This document shows, one piece after another, positions 32,035 to 42,655 of a stretch of 64,000 nucleotides of DNA. The stretch comes from Cyanidioschyzon merolae (lineage: Eukaryota): NCBI GenBank assembly GCA_000091205.1, contig AP006489.2. The stretch is one strand, 5' to 3'. Below the pieces are notes generated by a model, which was given only the letters and a program-made list of their open reading frames with translations, had not been told where the DNA came from and did not search any database. Every line of letters starts with the position of its first letter. The stretch's first letter is position 1. The position numbers were made by a program, and so were the translations under genes.

Positions 32035-35000
32035 TTGATGGCACTCGGTTTCGTCAATAGCCCTTCTCTGATGCAGTCAACAGTCCGTCTTCACCGAAGG
32101 GCCAGGAGACGAGTGGGTTCCTTTGCCAATCGACAGAACGTGGCTGCAGCGACGTCGCCCTCTGGTAACGGTGACGCGATGCAGCCTCAGACCGCGTCGG
32201 CGCCAAGCGAACAGCCGTCTCGAGACAGACACCCGCAGCGACGACCTACCGCTGGGAAAGCTGATCTCCGTGGCCAGCCGCTCACGTCACCGGCGATGCT
32301 ATCGTTCTACGGTCGCCAGGAGAGCCTCTTTCGAGACGATAGCGATCGCGAGGCGCTCTTTCAGTGTCTCACGCAACCTCTGCCAACCTGTTTTCGTATT
32401 GTGGCGGGGAATCCGTTTAGCAAACTCATCCAACAGCGGCTTGACCAAAAACTATCGCTGATAACGAGCGATGCTGGTCTGGCTGCTGCTCGAGAACCTG
32501 GACTGGTTCCTGGTTCCACCGAGTCGACGAGTACGATGACGACGACCACCGAGCGGACGCGCTGCGAAGCACCGTTTCCTTTGCCCTGGTATCCGGATCG
32601 CTTGGCTTGGCAAGTGAATCTGCCGCGAGCGTTGCTTCGACGGGATCCAGCACTTCAGTGGCTGCATGAATTTCTTGTAAAAGAGCACGAATTCGGCAGT
32701 ATTCATCGTCAAGAAGCCGTCAGCATGATACCACCTCTCGTGCTCGGCATCGAGCCGGGGCAGCGTATCCTGGACCTTTGCGCTGCTCCGGGCAGCAAGA
32801 CAGCTCAGATTCTGGATATGTTGGCGAGCGAACGTTCAGTTCCATTCGAAGTAGCAAACAACACTCTACTCGTGGCGAATGATGTCGACCGAAAGCGATG
32901 CTGGATGCTGGTGCATCAACTACAGCGATATGCGCTCGCGGGAGTCATCGTCACCAACTTTGATGCGTCCTCGTATCCGACCAGAGGCCTGCCGTTCCGG
33001 TTTGATCGGGTGCTCTGCGATGTCCCCTGCACTGGAGATGGTACGTTACGCAAGGCCCCGGATCTGTGGCTGCGCTGGAATCCCCACCAGGCTCGCTCCC
33101 TGCACCGCTTACAGACGCGAATTGCCATTCGTGGTATCGAGGCCCTGGTGACCGATGGTCGGGGTCGCATGGTCTACTCCACGTGCTCGTTGAATCCGAT
33201 CGAAAATGAGGCAGTGGTTGCGGCGGTGTTGCGTCATTTTGGATCAGATCACGTGGAGTTACTCGACGCTGCCGGAATGATACCCGCTATCTATAGGAGA
33301 CCGGGTTTATCGTCATGGGATCCTGGATTCGATGTCGTCGATGAGACGTCGTCCAGCGCAGCGTTTTCACCGCCATCAGCAGCGGAGCGGAGCTGGATGC
33401 ATTTGTCGCGCTGCATTCGAATCATGCCTCATGATCAGAATACCGGAGGGTTCTTTGTGGCTGTTTTCCATCGCAAAAAGCTGCCCGAGCAGCATCTTAA
33501 TGAGCAGACGCAAGCGCACGCTGCAGCAGAGGGAAGCGCGCTCCATACGCTCGACAGCAAGGCAGGATCGGCAGGCGAGGGCTCACCTCAGCCGCAGAGT
33601 GCTTCGCGACTCGAGACCTCGGCAGGCTATGGGGGCGCTTTGCGGCAGCCCTGCCGTCCGGCAGCTTCCCAGGGTGTCTTGGCCAGGGCGAGACCGCCAG
33701 CGGAGGCACAGGGTTGCCCTTTTCTAACGGACGGCAGCAGGGATGCTCACGACGAGGATCACTTGGGAGCGAAAGCGCGCAAATCTCCGCATCCCAGGTC
33801 GCGTTCCGGAGCAGCCGAGCCACAGTCTCCTGGCACCGGGGATGCACTCGTATCAGCGCTTTGCCCGGGACGCTGTCCTGAGGCGTCAGCACCAGTGCCG
33901 GGAGCTGGTCAGCAATGCGGGAACGAGTCGTTCTTGAATAGCAGCTGGAGGTCGACGCAGCACGCCGGGGAACCTGAGCCAGTCCACACATCGAATGCGT
34001 CTCCTGCGCATGTGCCTCTGCCGATGCTCGACAGAGACAGAATGCCGAGCACGGCGATATCAGCCGCCGCAGGAGTCGTCCAAGCGGATTTGATGGGATT
34101 TTCGAATGCAGCTGGTTTCAATGAGGTTGGTGCTGAACAGCAACGTAAGCAGGAACGGTGTTCGCCAGAAAAGAATCGCAGCGACGACAACTCCAACAAG
34201 TGCACCACAACAGGATTTGCGGACCTTTGGAGCGTTTCCGAAACCAGTGCCCCGATCAAGAGAGGCGGTCGCCGGGTGGCGCACTCGGAACCCTCGAATG
34301 TGCCTGGATCAGCGAAGGTTCATGCTGCTGACGATGCTGCCGCGGTTACCTTCGAGATGCCGACGGCTGAAAAGCGAGCCGCTGATGATGGCACGCAATC
34401 TGGATCCGACGAGGATCATGCTACTGCTGTTGTTACCGCTTCACCTGCAGCAAGCTCGGAAACGACGCCCGTTGGCACGCCTTCGGAGAGCTCGCTCTGC
34501 TCGCACCCAGGGCCGTACGCCCACCGCATGCGAGGCCCTCGGGACCCGCCTTTGATACCGGTACGACACGTTCCCTTTGGTGCCATTGTCGTTCAACGCA
34601 TTGCATCAAGCTACGGAATCCCGGTGGAGATCCTGGAAGCACACCTCTACTGCCGTGTCTACCTTGACCAGTGCAGTGCTTCGCCTTCTAAGCGCCTTCG
34701 AGTATACTGGCTTCCGGAAGCGGTGCGCTCTGTACTTGCATCTCACGAGCATCGACCGGAACGGATCCTTTTCGCTGGCATCCGAGCCTTTGAAGCCATG
34801 GAACTTCGCCAAGCACCACAAGGCGCCGCTGACGGAAACGCTGACCTGTGGTTTCGAATCGCCCACGAAGCGATCCCGACCCTGCTCCCGTACCTTCCCG
34901 AGGCCAAAGTTGCAACGCTTACACAAAGCGACTTGAGGAACATGATCAAAGAGATCCTTCAGGGTCGACTCGGCTTGCGCATAGCGATGCTGGCGGAGTC

Positions 35001-35259
35001 ACCAACACGACGCACGCTGGAGGAGTACCCTCTGGGACCCATGATCCTGCGCGGGGCACTCGTTGCTGCTGTCACTGGCAGCTCCCCGGTGGACATTCCG
35101 CTGCTATTATCGTCGTGGAAGACAAGCCCCCAGTTTATCAGCCTCTTCTTGTCCCGTGAAGAGCTCGAAGCGATTCGGCGGGCGATGCCTTTTCTCGTGG
35201 AAGACGGTACGACGGATTCATCCGCGAAGGATCCTGCCCAGGCGCTGGCCTGCGAGTAG
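32035..35259 (+). CDS. NOL1/NOP2/Sun-family RNA (cytosine-5) methyltransferase, NSUN2-like, with a large internal low-complexity insertion
   Basis: 1074-aa ORF carrying the SAM-binding LDLCAAPGSKT, VANDVDRKRCWMLVHQ, the catalytic DVPCTGDG and TCSLNPIENE motifs. A conserved NSUN2-type C-terminal domain resumes after an Ala/Ser/Pro-rich insert of about 330 aa. Confidence 0.85.
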   Translation: MMALGFVNSPSLMQSTVRLHRRARRRVGSFANRQNVAAATSPSGNGDAMQPQTASAPSEQPSRDRHPQRRPTAGKADLRGQPLTSPAMLSFYGRQESLFRDDSDREALFQCLTQPLPTCFRIVAGNPFSKLIQQRLDQKLSLITSDAGLAAAREPGLVPGSTESTSTMTTTTERTRCEAPFPLPWYPDRLAWQVNLPRALLRRDPALQWLHEFLVKEHEFGSIHRQEAVSMIPPLVLGIEPGQRILDLCAAPGSKTAQILDMLASERSVPFEVANNTLLVANDVDRKRCWMLVHQLQRYALAGVIVTNFDASSYPTRGLPFRFDRVLCDVPCTGDGTLRKAPDLWLRWNPHQARSLHRLQTRIAIRGIEALVTDGRGRMVYSTCSLNPIENEAVVAAVLRHFGSDHVELLDAAGMIPAIYRRPGLSSWDPGFDVVDETSSSAAFSPPSAAERSWMHLSRCIRIMPHDQNTGGFFVAVFHRKKLPEQHLNEQTQAHAAAEGSALHTLDSKAGSAGEGSPQPQSASRLETSAGYGGALRQPCRPAASQGVLARARPPAEAQGCPFLTDGSRDAHDEDHLGAKARKSPHPRSRSGAAEPQSPGTGDALVSALCPGRCPEASAPVPGAGQQCGNESFLNSSWRSTQHAGEPEPVHTSNASPAHVPLPMLDRDRMPSTAISAAAGVVQADLMGFSNAAGFNEVGAEQQRKQERCSPEKNRSDDNSNKCTTTGFADLWSVSETSAPIKRGGRRVAHSEPSNVPGSAKVHAADDAAAVTFEMPTAEKRAADDGTQSGSDEDHATAVVTASPAASSETTPVGTPSESSLCSHPGPYAHRMRGPRDPPLIPVRHVPFGAIVVQRIASSYGIPVEILEAHLYCRVYLDQCSASPSKRLRVYWLPEAVRSVLASHEHRPERILFAGIRAFEAMELRQAPQGAADGNADLWFRIAHEAIPTLLPYLPEAKVATLTQSDLRNMIKEILQGRLGLRIAMLAESPTRRTLEEYPLGPMILRGALVAAVTGSSPVDIPLLLSSWKTSPQFISLFLSREELEAIRRAMPFLVEDGTTDSSAKDPAQALACE

Positions 35260-36354
35260 AACCGGTGCTATTCCTTCGAATGCACCAGGTACGGATGCAG
35301 AGTCGGAGAAACGCGGGTATATTTACTGGAGCTTTTGCCCATGGGTACGGATCAATGAGAGGTGCGTTCGGATCGTTGCGCATTCGGAAGAGGCATCGCC
35401 GGGATTCGAGCACCGGATGCCGTCTCATAGAGCGGAGCGCCTGGAAGCACCACAGCTGTGGCGATCCATGAATGCGTCGACGGTGCAGGCAATGAACCAT
35501 TCGCGTGATTGCTCTGAACACGATCGGAGCAAGATCGAGCAGGCATGAGCAGTCGGTTACGGAACGCTTTCCGTGCTAGGCTACGCTGCATTGCTCGACG
35601 CTGCTCCACGAGGTTGCACGCGGGTTGCTGCATGTTGCGCAACTGCGACCCGTCCTTGATGCTGGTTCATTTCGGACTTTCGTCAGATCCATGCATGGGA
35701 CCGGGCATAACGCGTGAGAGAGGTCGCTCCTCCAGAGAATCCGTTGTCGGTACTTGCAGCCCGTGTTGACTCAAGACGCTTTTAGGAGTCTTGTCGGATC
35801 AATGAAAAGCACCAAGCATACAGATCGCTGGCTTGGTCAGAGGCGATAAGCGGTCTCGTGCAGCTGTCACAAGGCGTGCATATCTAGCAGCAGAACAGCA
35901 GACCAGCACGCGTTGTGCCCGTTGATCCTCTGCATTCGCGTCACACGTTTCATTCAACATAAAAGCTGGAACAGGTACGCATTCTCGCGCTCTCGGATGT
36001 CGCTGCTCAATTCGCTGTTGAACGCTGGCGTCTTCCACGCAACGTTCACAGGTGACTCGGGATTCCGATGACAATCCTCTGTGGCGGACACAGTCCGTGC
36101 ACCCATATCCATGACGACGTCGTTCCTATTCGATCAGGTAACATCTAGATATGCTGCGGGCTGCCTGTGTCGGCGCCAAGTGACAGCGCGCAACATCTTC
36201 GGCGTCTTGTTCGTGCGACATATCCGGTGCTATCGATTCTACTGCCGCGAAGCGCACTACAGGGCGCTCTTCGACCGACACGAAAGCATTTGATCCACAG
36301 ATTCCAACGTTTGCACGCTGTACCAAACAGAGGAATGGCCGCCACGGGGACTCC

Positions 36355-36378
36355 ACACACACACACACACACACACAC
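36355..36378. repeat. (AC)n microsatellite
   Basis: acacacacacacacacacacacac seen directly. Confidence 0.9.
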
Positions 36379-36426
36379 GATCAGGTTACCGCTATTTGGT
36401 GACATTGTGGCATCCGGCACCTCCTC

Positions 36427-37584
36427 TTATCGCATTTGCCATGCTCGTTCAGCAAGCGTGCAGGCACCGACAAGTCCTGCATGCGGCCCGTAGGCGCTCG
36501 AAACGATGTACTTCTCAACAGGCGTTTCTATCCCGAGGTAGTCGCGATCGAGCTCCACGAACTTGGACTGGATCTTCTTCAGCAGACTCTTGCGCTGCAT
36601 GACCCCGCCGCCTAGCACGATCCAGTGCGGAGCCAGCACACAGGAGAGGTTCCAGCATAGCTGTGCAAGGTAATGCGCAGCCAGCTTCCAAACCGGATGA
36701 TCGTCTGCGAGATCCGCAAGCTGCGAGGCGTCAACCTTCGCTCGTTCTGCGAGCGCCCCAGCGCAGCAGAGACCCTCCAGGCAGTCCTGATGCCAAATGC
36801 ATGAACCAGAGTACGAATCCGCGGGATATCGGACAACGCGGATGTGGCCTGCCTCTGGGTGAAGGCGTCCATGCAGGGGCTCATCCTGAATCGCGACACC
36901 CACACCTACTCCGGTGCCAACAGTGACGTAGGCGAGCACGAGCGGACCTCCCGGGTCGGTCGGAGATCGCCTAGCAGCCAGTTCGGCTAGAGCGGGAGCA
37001 TTCACATCTGTATCCACCAGGACTGGAATTCTGGTACCAATAGCCTTCGCCAGCTCTTGACTTGCAGGACGCTGCTCATCGCGTTCCCATAACTGTTGCA
37101 GCTCCTCTAGCAGCGCTAGCCCTTGCCATGCTTTCTTCGGTGTCTTTCCGAAGCGAACCTGGTGTGACGCGGCGCTCGACGCGACAGACGGGAGCAGGAT
37201 CGGACCAAAAGTAGCCACACCTAGTGCTGTAATCGGGTGCGTTTCGTGTCGCTCTGCCAGCCAAGCGGTCAGAAGCGTCAGCGTCTCACGAGGTGTACTC
37301 GTAGGAACCTGGAATCGTTCAATGAACTGATCGGGACGACCTACTGCGATTGCCGCTCGTGCACTCGTGCCCCCTAACTCGATAGCGGCAAACACAAGGT
37401 GCTGGTTACGTAAAGATTGTACCGCGGGAACTGTGGTGCTGCGCTCGTCCTCTTCGCCAAGGCTCAGCGCTCGTCGTTGCCGCCATCGAGCCAGACCCCA
37501 ACCGAGTGCAGTCACCGTGCTGAAGAGTGCCGGAGCAGCTGCCCACACCAGCCAAGTCGGTGTCGTTGTCTGCCTGCTCGTCAT
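36427..37584 (-). CDS. ROK-family sugar kinase (fructokinase / N-acetylhexosamine kinase-like) with N-terminal transmembrane segment
   Basis: 385-aa ORF with the ROK motifs ELGGTSARAAIAVG, VDTDVNAPALAE and a Cys/His zinc box CIWHQDCLE. The N-terminal hydrophobic helix is TWLVWAAAPALFSTVTALGWGLA. Confidence 0.8.
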   Translation of the reverse strand: MTSRQTTTPTWLVWAAAPALFSTVTALGWGLARWRQRRALSLGEEDERSTTVPAVQSLRNQHLVFAAIELGGTSARAAIAVGRPDQFIERFQVPTSTPRETLTLLTAWLAERHETHPITALGVATFGPILLPSVASSAASHQVRFGKTPKKAWQGLALLEELQQLWERDEQRPASQELAKAIGTRIPVLVDTDVNAPALAELAARRSPTDPGGPLVLAYVTVGTGVGVGVAIQDEPLHGRLHPEAGHIRVVRYPADSYSGSCIWHQDCLEGLCCAGALAERAKVDASQLADLADDHPVWKLAAHYLAQLCWNLSCVLAPHWIVLGGGVMQRKSLLKKIQSKFVELDRDYLGIETPVEKYIVSSAYGPHAGLVGACTLAERAWQMR

Positions 37585-38000
37585 AGGTTCCTACTTTTCT
37601 GCCACAAGAACGAAAGTCACAGGTTTCCCAGCAGGCACCGTTCCCGGGTGGTTATCGCAGCCGCAACACGCGGAGATGCCCGAATGACGCTGTCCAATGG
37701 GATGCCAGTTTCGCTACCTGTGGTCAGGTGGGTGCTGCCCTAGACACCAAGCAGCACCAGTGCTGGATACAGCGTCCGCTATTGGAGCACAGATCAACGG
37801 GCGTAGCGACAGGCTTCACGTAACGGATTACAACTAAGGAGCTTTTCGAGTCCGTGAGAGCCGCTTTGGCTTTGGAACGGAGCAGGAGCGCTGCAGCACC
37901 GCAAGGAACCGGTCTGCAGGTGCCGGAGCGCGCCCGGGTCGCTCTTGTTTGCGCTTCGGGTCTCAACGCGCCTGCCTTGCAGAGTCCTGAAGCATAAACA

Positions 38001-40022
38001 GTGAGTTTTTCTTTCCTAGAGGAGCGCTGCGGAGTCGTGCCGCCTCTAGACGCTGCAAGCTGGTTGCGTGTCATGAGTGCAAGCGACACGGTTGCGCAGC
38101 GGCTCGACGCTATGTCGGAGCAGATTGACGCGGAGACGTCCCGAAAACTGGAGCTCCAGCGTCGAACCAAGGATCGGCAAGAGCGTGCAACTGTGGAGCA
38201 GGTGCTCGATAGACGCACAAGGGCGTACCTGGCGAAGCTCTTTCGCCAGGGCGCTCTGCTTGCAGTGCACGGCTGCATCGCCACAGGTAAGGAAGCGAAC
38301 GTCTACTTTGGTCGATCGCATCCACCGAATGAACCTGAATCTGTCGTCGTCAGCGCAGCAATCAAGGTATATAAGACCTCAATTTTAATCTTTCGGGATC
38401 GAGAAAAGTACATCGCGGGAGAGCGCCGCTTTCGTTACGGCTATGGGAAGCCAAGAAACCCCAGGAAAATGGTCAAACTGTGGGCGGAGAAGGAGTTTCG
38501 AAACCTATCACGTCTTTGCCGTGCAAACATTCCATGTCCATCACCGTTCTATATTCGTGGCCATGTGCTTGTGATGCAGTTCATCGGCGATGAAGAGGGA
38601 ACACCCGCTCCGCGTCTCCAAGAGGTGCGAGCTCGGCGGCGAGCACCGAGTTTATCGGCAGAGGGTGCATCCCGGGGCGAGGAAGGCGTCAGCTCGGCCC
38701 CGGAGACGATGACGGAAGCTGCCACAACGCCGGCCGAGTCACTTTATGAACAAACCGTGATCAATATGCGCCGTATGTACCAAAAAGCACGTCTCGTGCA
38801 TGGTGACCTCAGTAGTTTTAATATTCTACTTTGGCAAGGTCGAATCTATTTCGTGGATGTCTCGCAGAGCATGGAGCAAGATCATCCGTTGGCCCTCGAT
38901 TTCCTTCGTCGAGACTGCCAGAATATCACAGCCTTTTTCCAGGCCGAGATGGGCAACGCAGAAGCGAACGAGGGCATGATACTATTGAGCGTTCGCAACC
39001 TCTTTGAGTACATCGTGGATGTCTGGGATGACGTGGATGATATTGCACTTTTGCAGAAATATCAGACGAGGCAAGAGGAACAGAGGAGGCGACGCGTCAG
39101 CCGCAGTGCGCAGCATGCGGACGACGAGCTCCTCTCAGATGACTCCACGGACGCCCTGGTATTCCAGTCCGTTCGAATTCCTCGTCGACTCGATGAAGTC
39201 GATGAAGAGCAACTGGACAGGATCTACTACGATCGGCTGTTGCGACTGGCGTCTTCTTCATCATCGAGTAGCTACTCGAGTTCGGCGAGCGACAGCTACA
39301 CAGGTGCCTCATCGGCTTTGAGTGCAGAGGTCGCTCGTTCGGATGACAAGTCCGACCATGAGGTATCGTCGACAGCCTCCTTGCGCCACGCAATAACAGT
39401 CCTTGATGGAGACGGTGATGTCTCCACGAATGACGGGTCGATCGAGGGAGATGCTGCGCCTGCCGTTTTCGACAGACAGTGCCGGCGTTCTACCTCTCGA
39501 CAGAGCGGGAATTCGAGTGCTTCCACGGAAGCCGCCTCGATCAGACAAGTTTCAGCGCAAGCCATGGCATCAGACACAAGGTCTCCGCTGCGTTATCCGG
39601 AGCACCTCGATGCGGTGTCGAGCGCCCGGTCCGCTTCTGGGCATGAGCCTGGGACGCCTTCGACGCCACAACACCCCTGCAAAGTTCCATACAGTGCTGC
39701 GCCTGCAGGCAGCGAGCAGCGCGTGGTACCCGTCGCCGCGCCGCACAACCACAGTGCCACGGAGGATAGCGATACCATCGTGCGGTCGACGAGCAAGTCC
39801 GCGGAAACTCCAGAGGCAGCGTCGGTCGAACGTGTGCATCTGCGCTGTGCTCGAAAAGCTTGGAAGAAACAAGTGAAAGAGCAGAATCGCATTCGGCGAC
39901 AGAACAAGATACCGAAACACGTGAAACGTCAAGCGGTACACCGGCCTGGACGTTTACGGCGGTATCTGGCGGCACGAGAGACCGCTGCTCGAACTCAGCA
40001 AGCGTCGTCTGGAGAGTGCTAG
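38001..40022 (+). CDS. RIO1-type serine kinase with long Ser-rich C-terminal extension
   Basis: RIO domain: …TRAYLAKLFRQGALLAVHGCIATGKEANVYF…LVHGDLSSFNILL…. Total 673 aa, of which the C-terminal about 300 aa are low complexity. Confidence 0.85.
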   Translation: MSFSFLEERCGVVPPLDAASWLRVMSASDTVAQRLDAMSEQIDAETSRKLELQRRTKDRQERATVEQVLDRRTRAYLAKLFRQGALLAVHGCIATGKEANVYFGRSHPPNEPESVVVSAAIKVYKTSILIFRDREKYIAGERRFRYGYGKPRNPRKMVKLWAEKEFRNLSRLCRANIPCPSPFYIRGHVLVMQFIGDEEGTPAPRLQEVRARRRAPSLSAEGASRGEEGVSSAPETMTEAATTPAESLYEQTVINMRRMYQKARLVHGDLSSFNILLWQGRIYFVDVSQSMEQDHPLALDFLRRDCQNITAFFQAEMGNAEANEGMILLSVRNLFEYIVDVWDDVDDIALLQKYQTRQEEQRRRRVSRSAQHADDELLSDDSTDALVFQSVRIPRRLDEVDEEQLDRIYYDRLLRLASSSSSSSYSSSASDSYTGASSALSAEVARSDDKSDHEVSSTASLRHAITVLDGDGDVSTNDGSIEGDAAPAVFDRQCRRSTSRQSGNSSASTEAASIRQVSAQAMASDTRSPLRYPEHLDAVSSARSASGHEPGTPSTPQHPCKVPYSAAPAGSEQRVVPVAAPHNHSATEDSDTIVRSTSKSAETPEAASVERVHLRCARKAWKKQVKEQNRIRRQNKIPKHVKRQAVHRPGRLRRYLAARETAARTQQASSGEC

Positions 40023-40989
40023 TGGGTACACGCCTCCAGAATCGACGCCTTCGACACGCGCACATCACACCCGTTGCTTTGGGAATCTGTCGCTAGGAGG
40101 CTTTGCAACTGAGGCTGGCATACATCGTGACGCAAGCAGCGTTCCGACCTGCGGGACCGTACGCTCGATCACGATGAACGCTGCCGAAGGGTTACTGCAT
40201 CACCTTCACCCTATGCCGGAGAGGGACGCACTGCCCCATTCCGATTCGCTTCGTCCTCAGCTTGATTGTCGTTAGGCATTCACTGCGATGTGGTAGGGCG
40301 AGCGTCCAGGGAGCTCGCCTCGTTCCATGACCAGCGTCGGCATCGGTTGCTGGTCTGGCTTTTGATTTCCGTTCGGTTTCTTTTGCGGAGCTTGTCAGCT
40401 CGCGCAGCGTCGATCCGTAAACGTCATAGCATGTTCTTTTTCTGGTTGTATTCGTTCGTTGCCGCCAGGCACATGCAAAAAAGTCAGCATCGAAGCGAAT
40501 TGTACGAGCGGATACGTATAGGCAAGCGCTTACGAGCAAGATGGTCTCCATTCGCGTCAAACCGTACATGGAACACTGAACCGTTTGCGCTGTACCTGAC
40601 TTTCCGTGCTTTACCAGCTTGCTGGTAGATGTACAGCCTCTGCATTCGAGATGCAGCAAGAAGGGCGTACGAATTCGTGCGTGAAATCAGGATTCTCGGT
40701 CGTCTTTGATTTCAGTGGCTCCTTCAGCGCTTTCCCGCTGGGAATCGTTATCGCACCGGCATGACGGGGACTCACGACGCCCTCGAAAACGGGTACGTAA
40801 AACAACCGAAACGATGATTTCAATACATATGCACAAGCTCTAGTCTTCTCCTTTGTTTTCGTGGAACGTGTTCAAATCACGGATTTGTTGTGTCGTAGAT
40901 CTCTCTGTTCCATGGCAACGGACGAGCGCAGCTACCCGCACCGCTTGATGGATTGCAAATGAAACTCTCGACTTCGTCCATGGACAGCT

Positions 40990-41760
40990 TCTTCAAAAGC
41001 TCATGCCGCAGCTTCACCGAACCTGTTACGTCAAAGAATCCAAGCCGCTCGAAGGACGACCCATCATGTCTTTGTGGCCATCGACGAAACGACATTCGAC
41101 ACCAGCACCATGATACCTCGCATGATATATGCTTCGAGAGGTTCCCCTCTCTTTCGTTTGCGTGGGATCGGGTGTCGAACTCGGACTTGAGTCATCGCAG
41201 CGATCGTTTCCAGTGGGGAACGCATTACCACTTTGCACGACAGGCGCGTAGACGGATCGACACTTCTCGATTTGTTTTCAAGGTGCTCTTTCATCATGGG
41301 AGACATTGCGTTCCACAAAACCTCTATTACATAAGAGGGTTCGCGCGTACACGCTCAGCAGACAGAGGACTTGCCTGCGGAGATCGCCTCCAAGTCGCCC
41401 GAGATCATAGGATACGGAACCGAGCACGGAAACGGAGCAAAGCATCGAGGTGAATCCTCTGTACCAGACCTGCGCATCGACAGAGCGATGAAGCAAGCCT
41501 TCATGCGTCGTGCGGCCATGCCCCGAGGCCGGCATATGGTGGACTCAGGGTACCGCCTGACCCCGGTTAGCTGTCACCGCTGCGAGGCGTGCACCGATGC
41601 AGTATGCAAAGAAGGGGAAAATTGCGATCGAGGCATCCATCGCAACTGCCGCCTGTTCATGAAATGCGTTGACAACTGCCAGACACGGTGAAATCGGGAT
41701 TGAAACAGTTCCGTCGAATCCCTTCAACAGCCGACAATAGAGTTGGAAAGAAAGGAGGGA
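40990..41760. repeat. diverged copy (B) of the dispersed repeat family
   Basis: It contains …tcgaactcggacttgagtcatcgcagcgatcgtttccagtggggaacgc…, which is homologous to the core of the 1.36-kb copies, and a single copy of the 85-bp unit that is expanded in copy A. Confidence 0.5.
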
Positions 41761-42655
41761 CCGGCGAACTTGAAACCTGGGATAAAAGAGAGAAAATGAA
41801 GCTATCACAAAATTCGTCCGCTCAAAGCTGGTCTAAATGACAACGGGAGCATACGCAGGCTTTAGCGTGTACCTCGGAATCAGAAGACGCATTCTGTTTT
41901 GTACTGGGATCGATGTAGCGTCTGTGACGATTCACATATCTCTGTGCGCACCGCAGTAGCTCCAAGTGGCAACGGTACGCACGTCAGCATGGAAACTCCC
42001 GGACATACGCATTCGGAAGCGGGACCAGGAACGTGCGGCTCAGGTCATGCGGGTGGTATCCGCTGCCAGCGCGGGTATCCCCGGCAGGTACACCCTGTGG
42101 GGCATCAGAAATGAGAAATAGGCGCTGATGCACATGCGCGAGAACGCGCCTTCGGTGTCCATGTCGTGCCCTTTTACAGCTTTCGCTTACCTCGGACTTT
42201 CCCTGGACGAGCGCTACACTGCTTGTCTTGCTTTCAAAACGCCGTCCCAGCCTGCTTTGCGTTTCCAAGGGTCTCGGGTTCGTCACCAAAATCGTCCAGT
42301 GCATGCGAGGCCTGCTTTCCGCGATGGAGCGCATCTTCGAGCGCGATCGAGGGCCAAGCTCTGGCTTCCTGAAATACTATACATCTCGAGTGAACGGTTG
42401 CACGCTCGCATAAGGCTGGAGCGCAGCACGCGAGCAACAACGACGCCTGACTCGTGAGTCGCTGCAAACGCTTGCGTCCACGCTCGCTGACCGCCTCCCC
42501 GACAGTGAACCGTGCGCTTGATCCGCCAGAGATGCCCCCCGAGAAATCCGCTTGTGTAGAGGAAGGCACCGAACCCTCGAGAACAGCAGCGATTCCGGTG
42601 CTGCCGCAGCTCCCCATGCTGCTGACCACAACCCCGTTGTGCGGGGAATCAGCGT

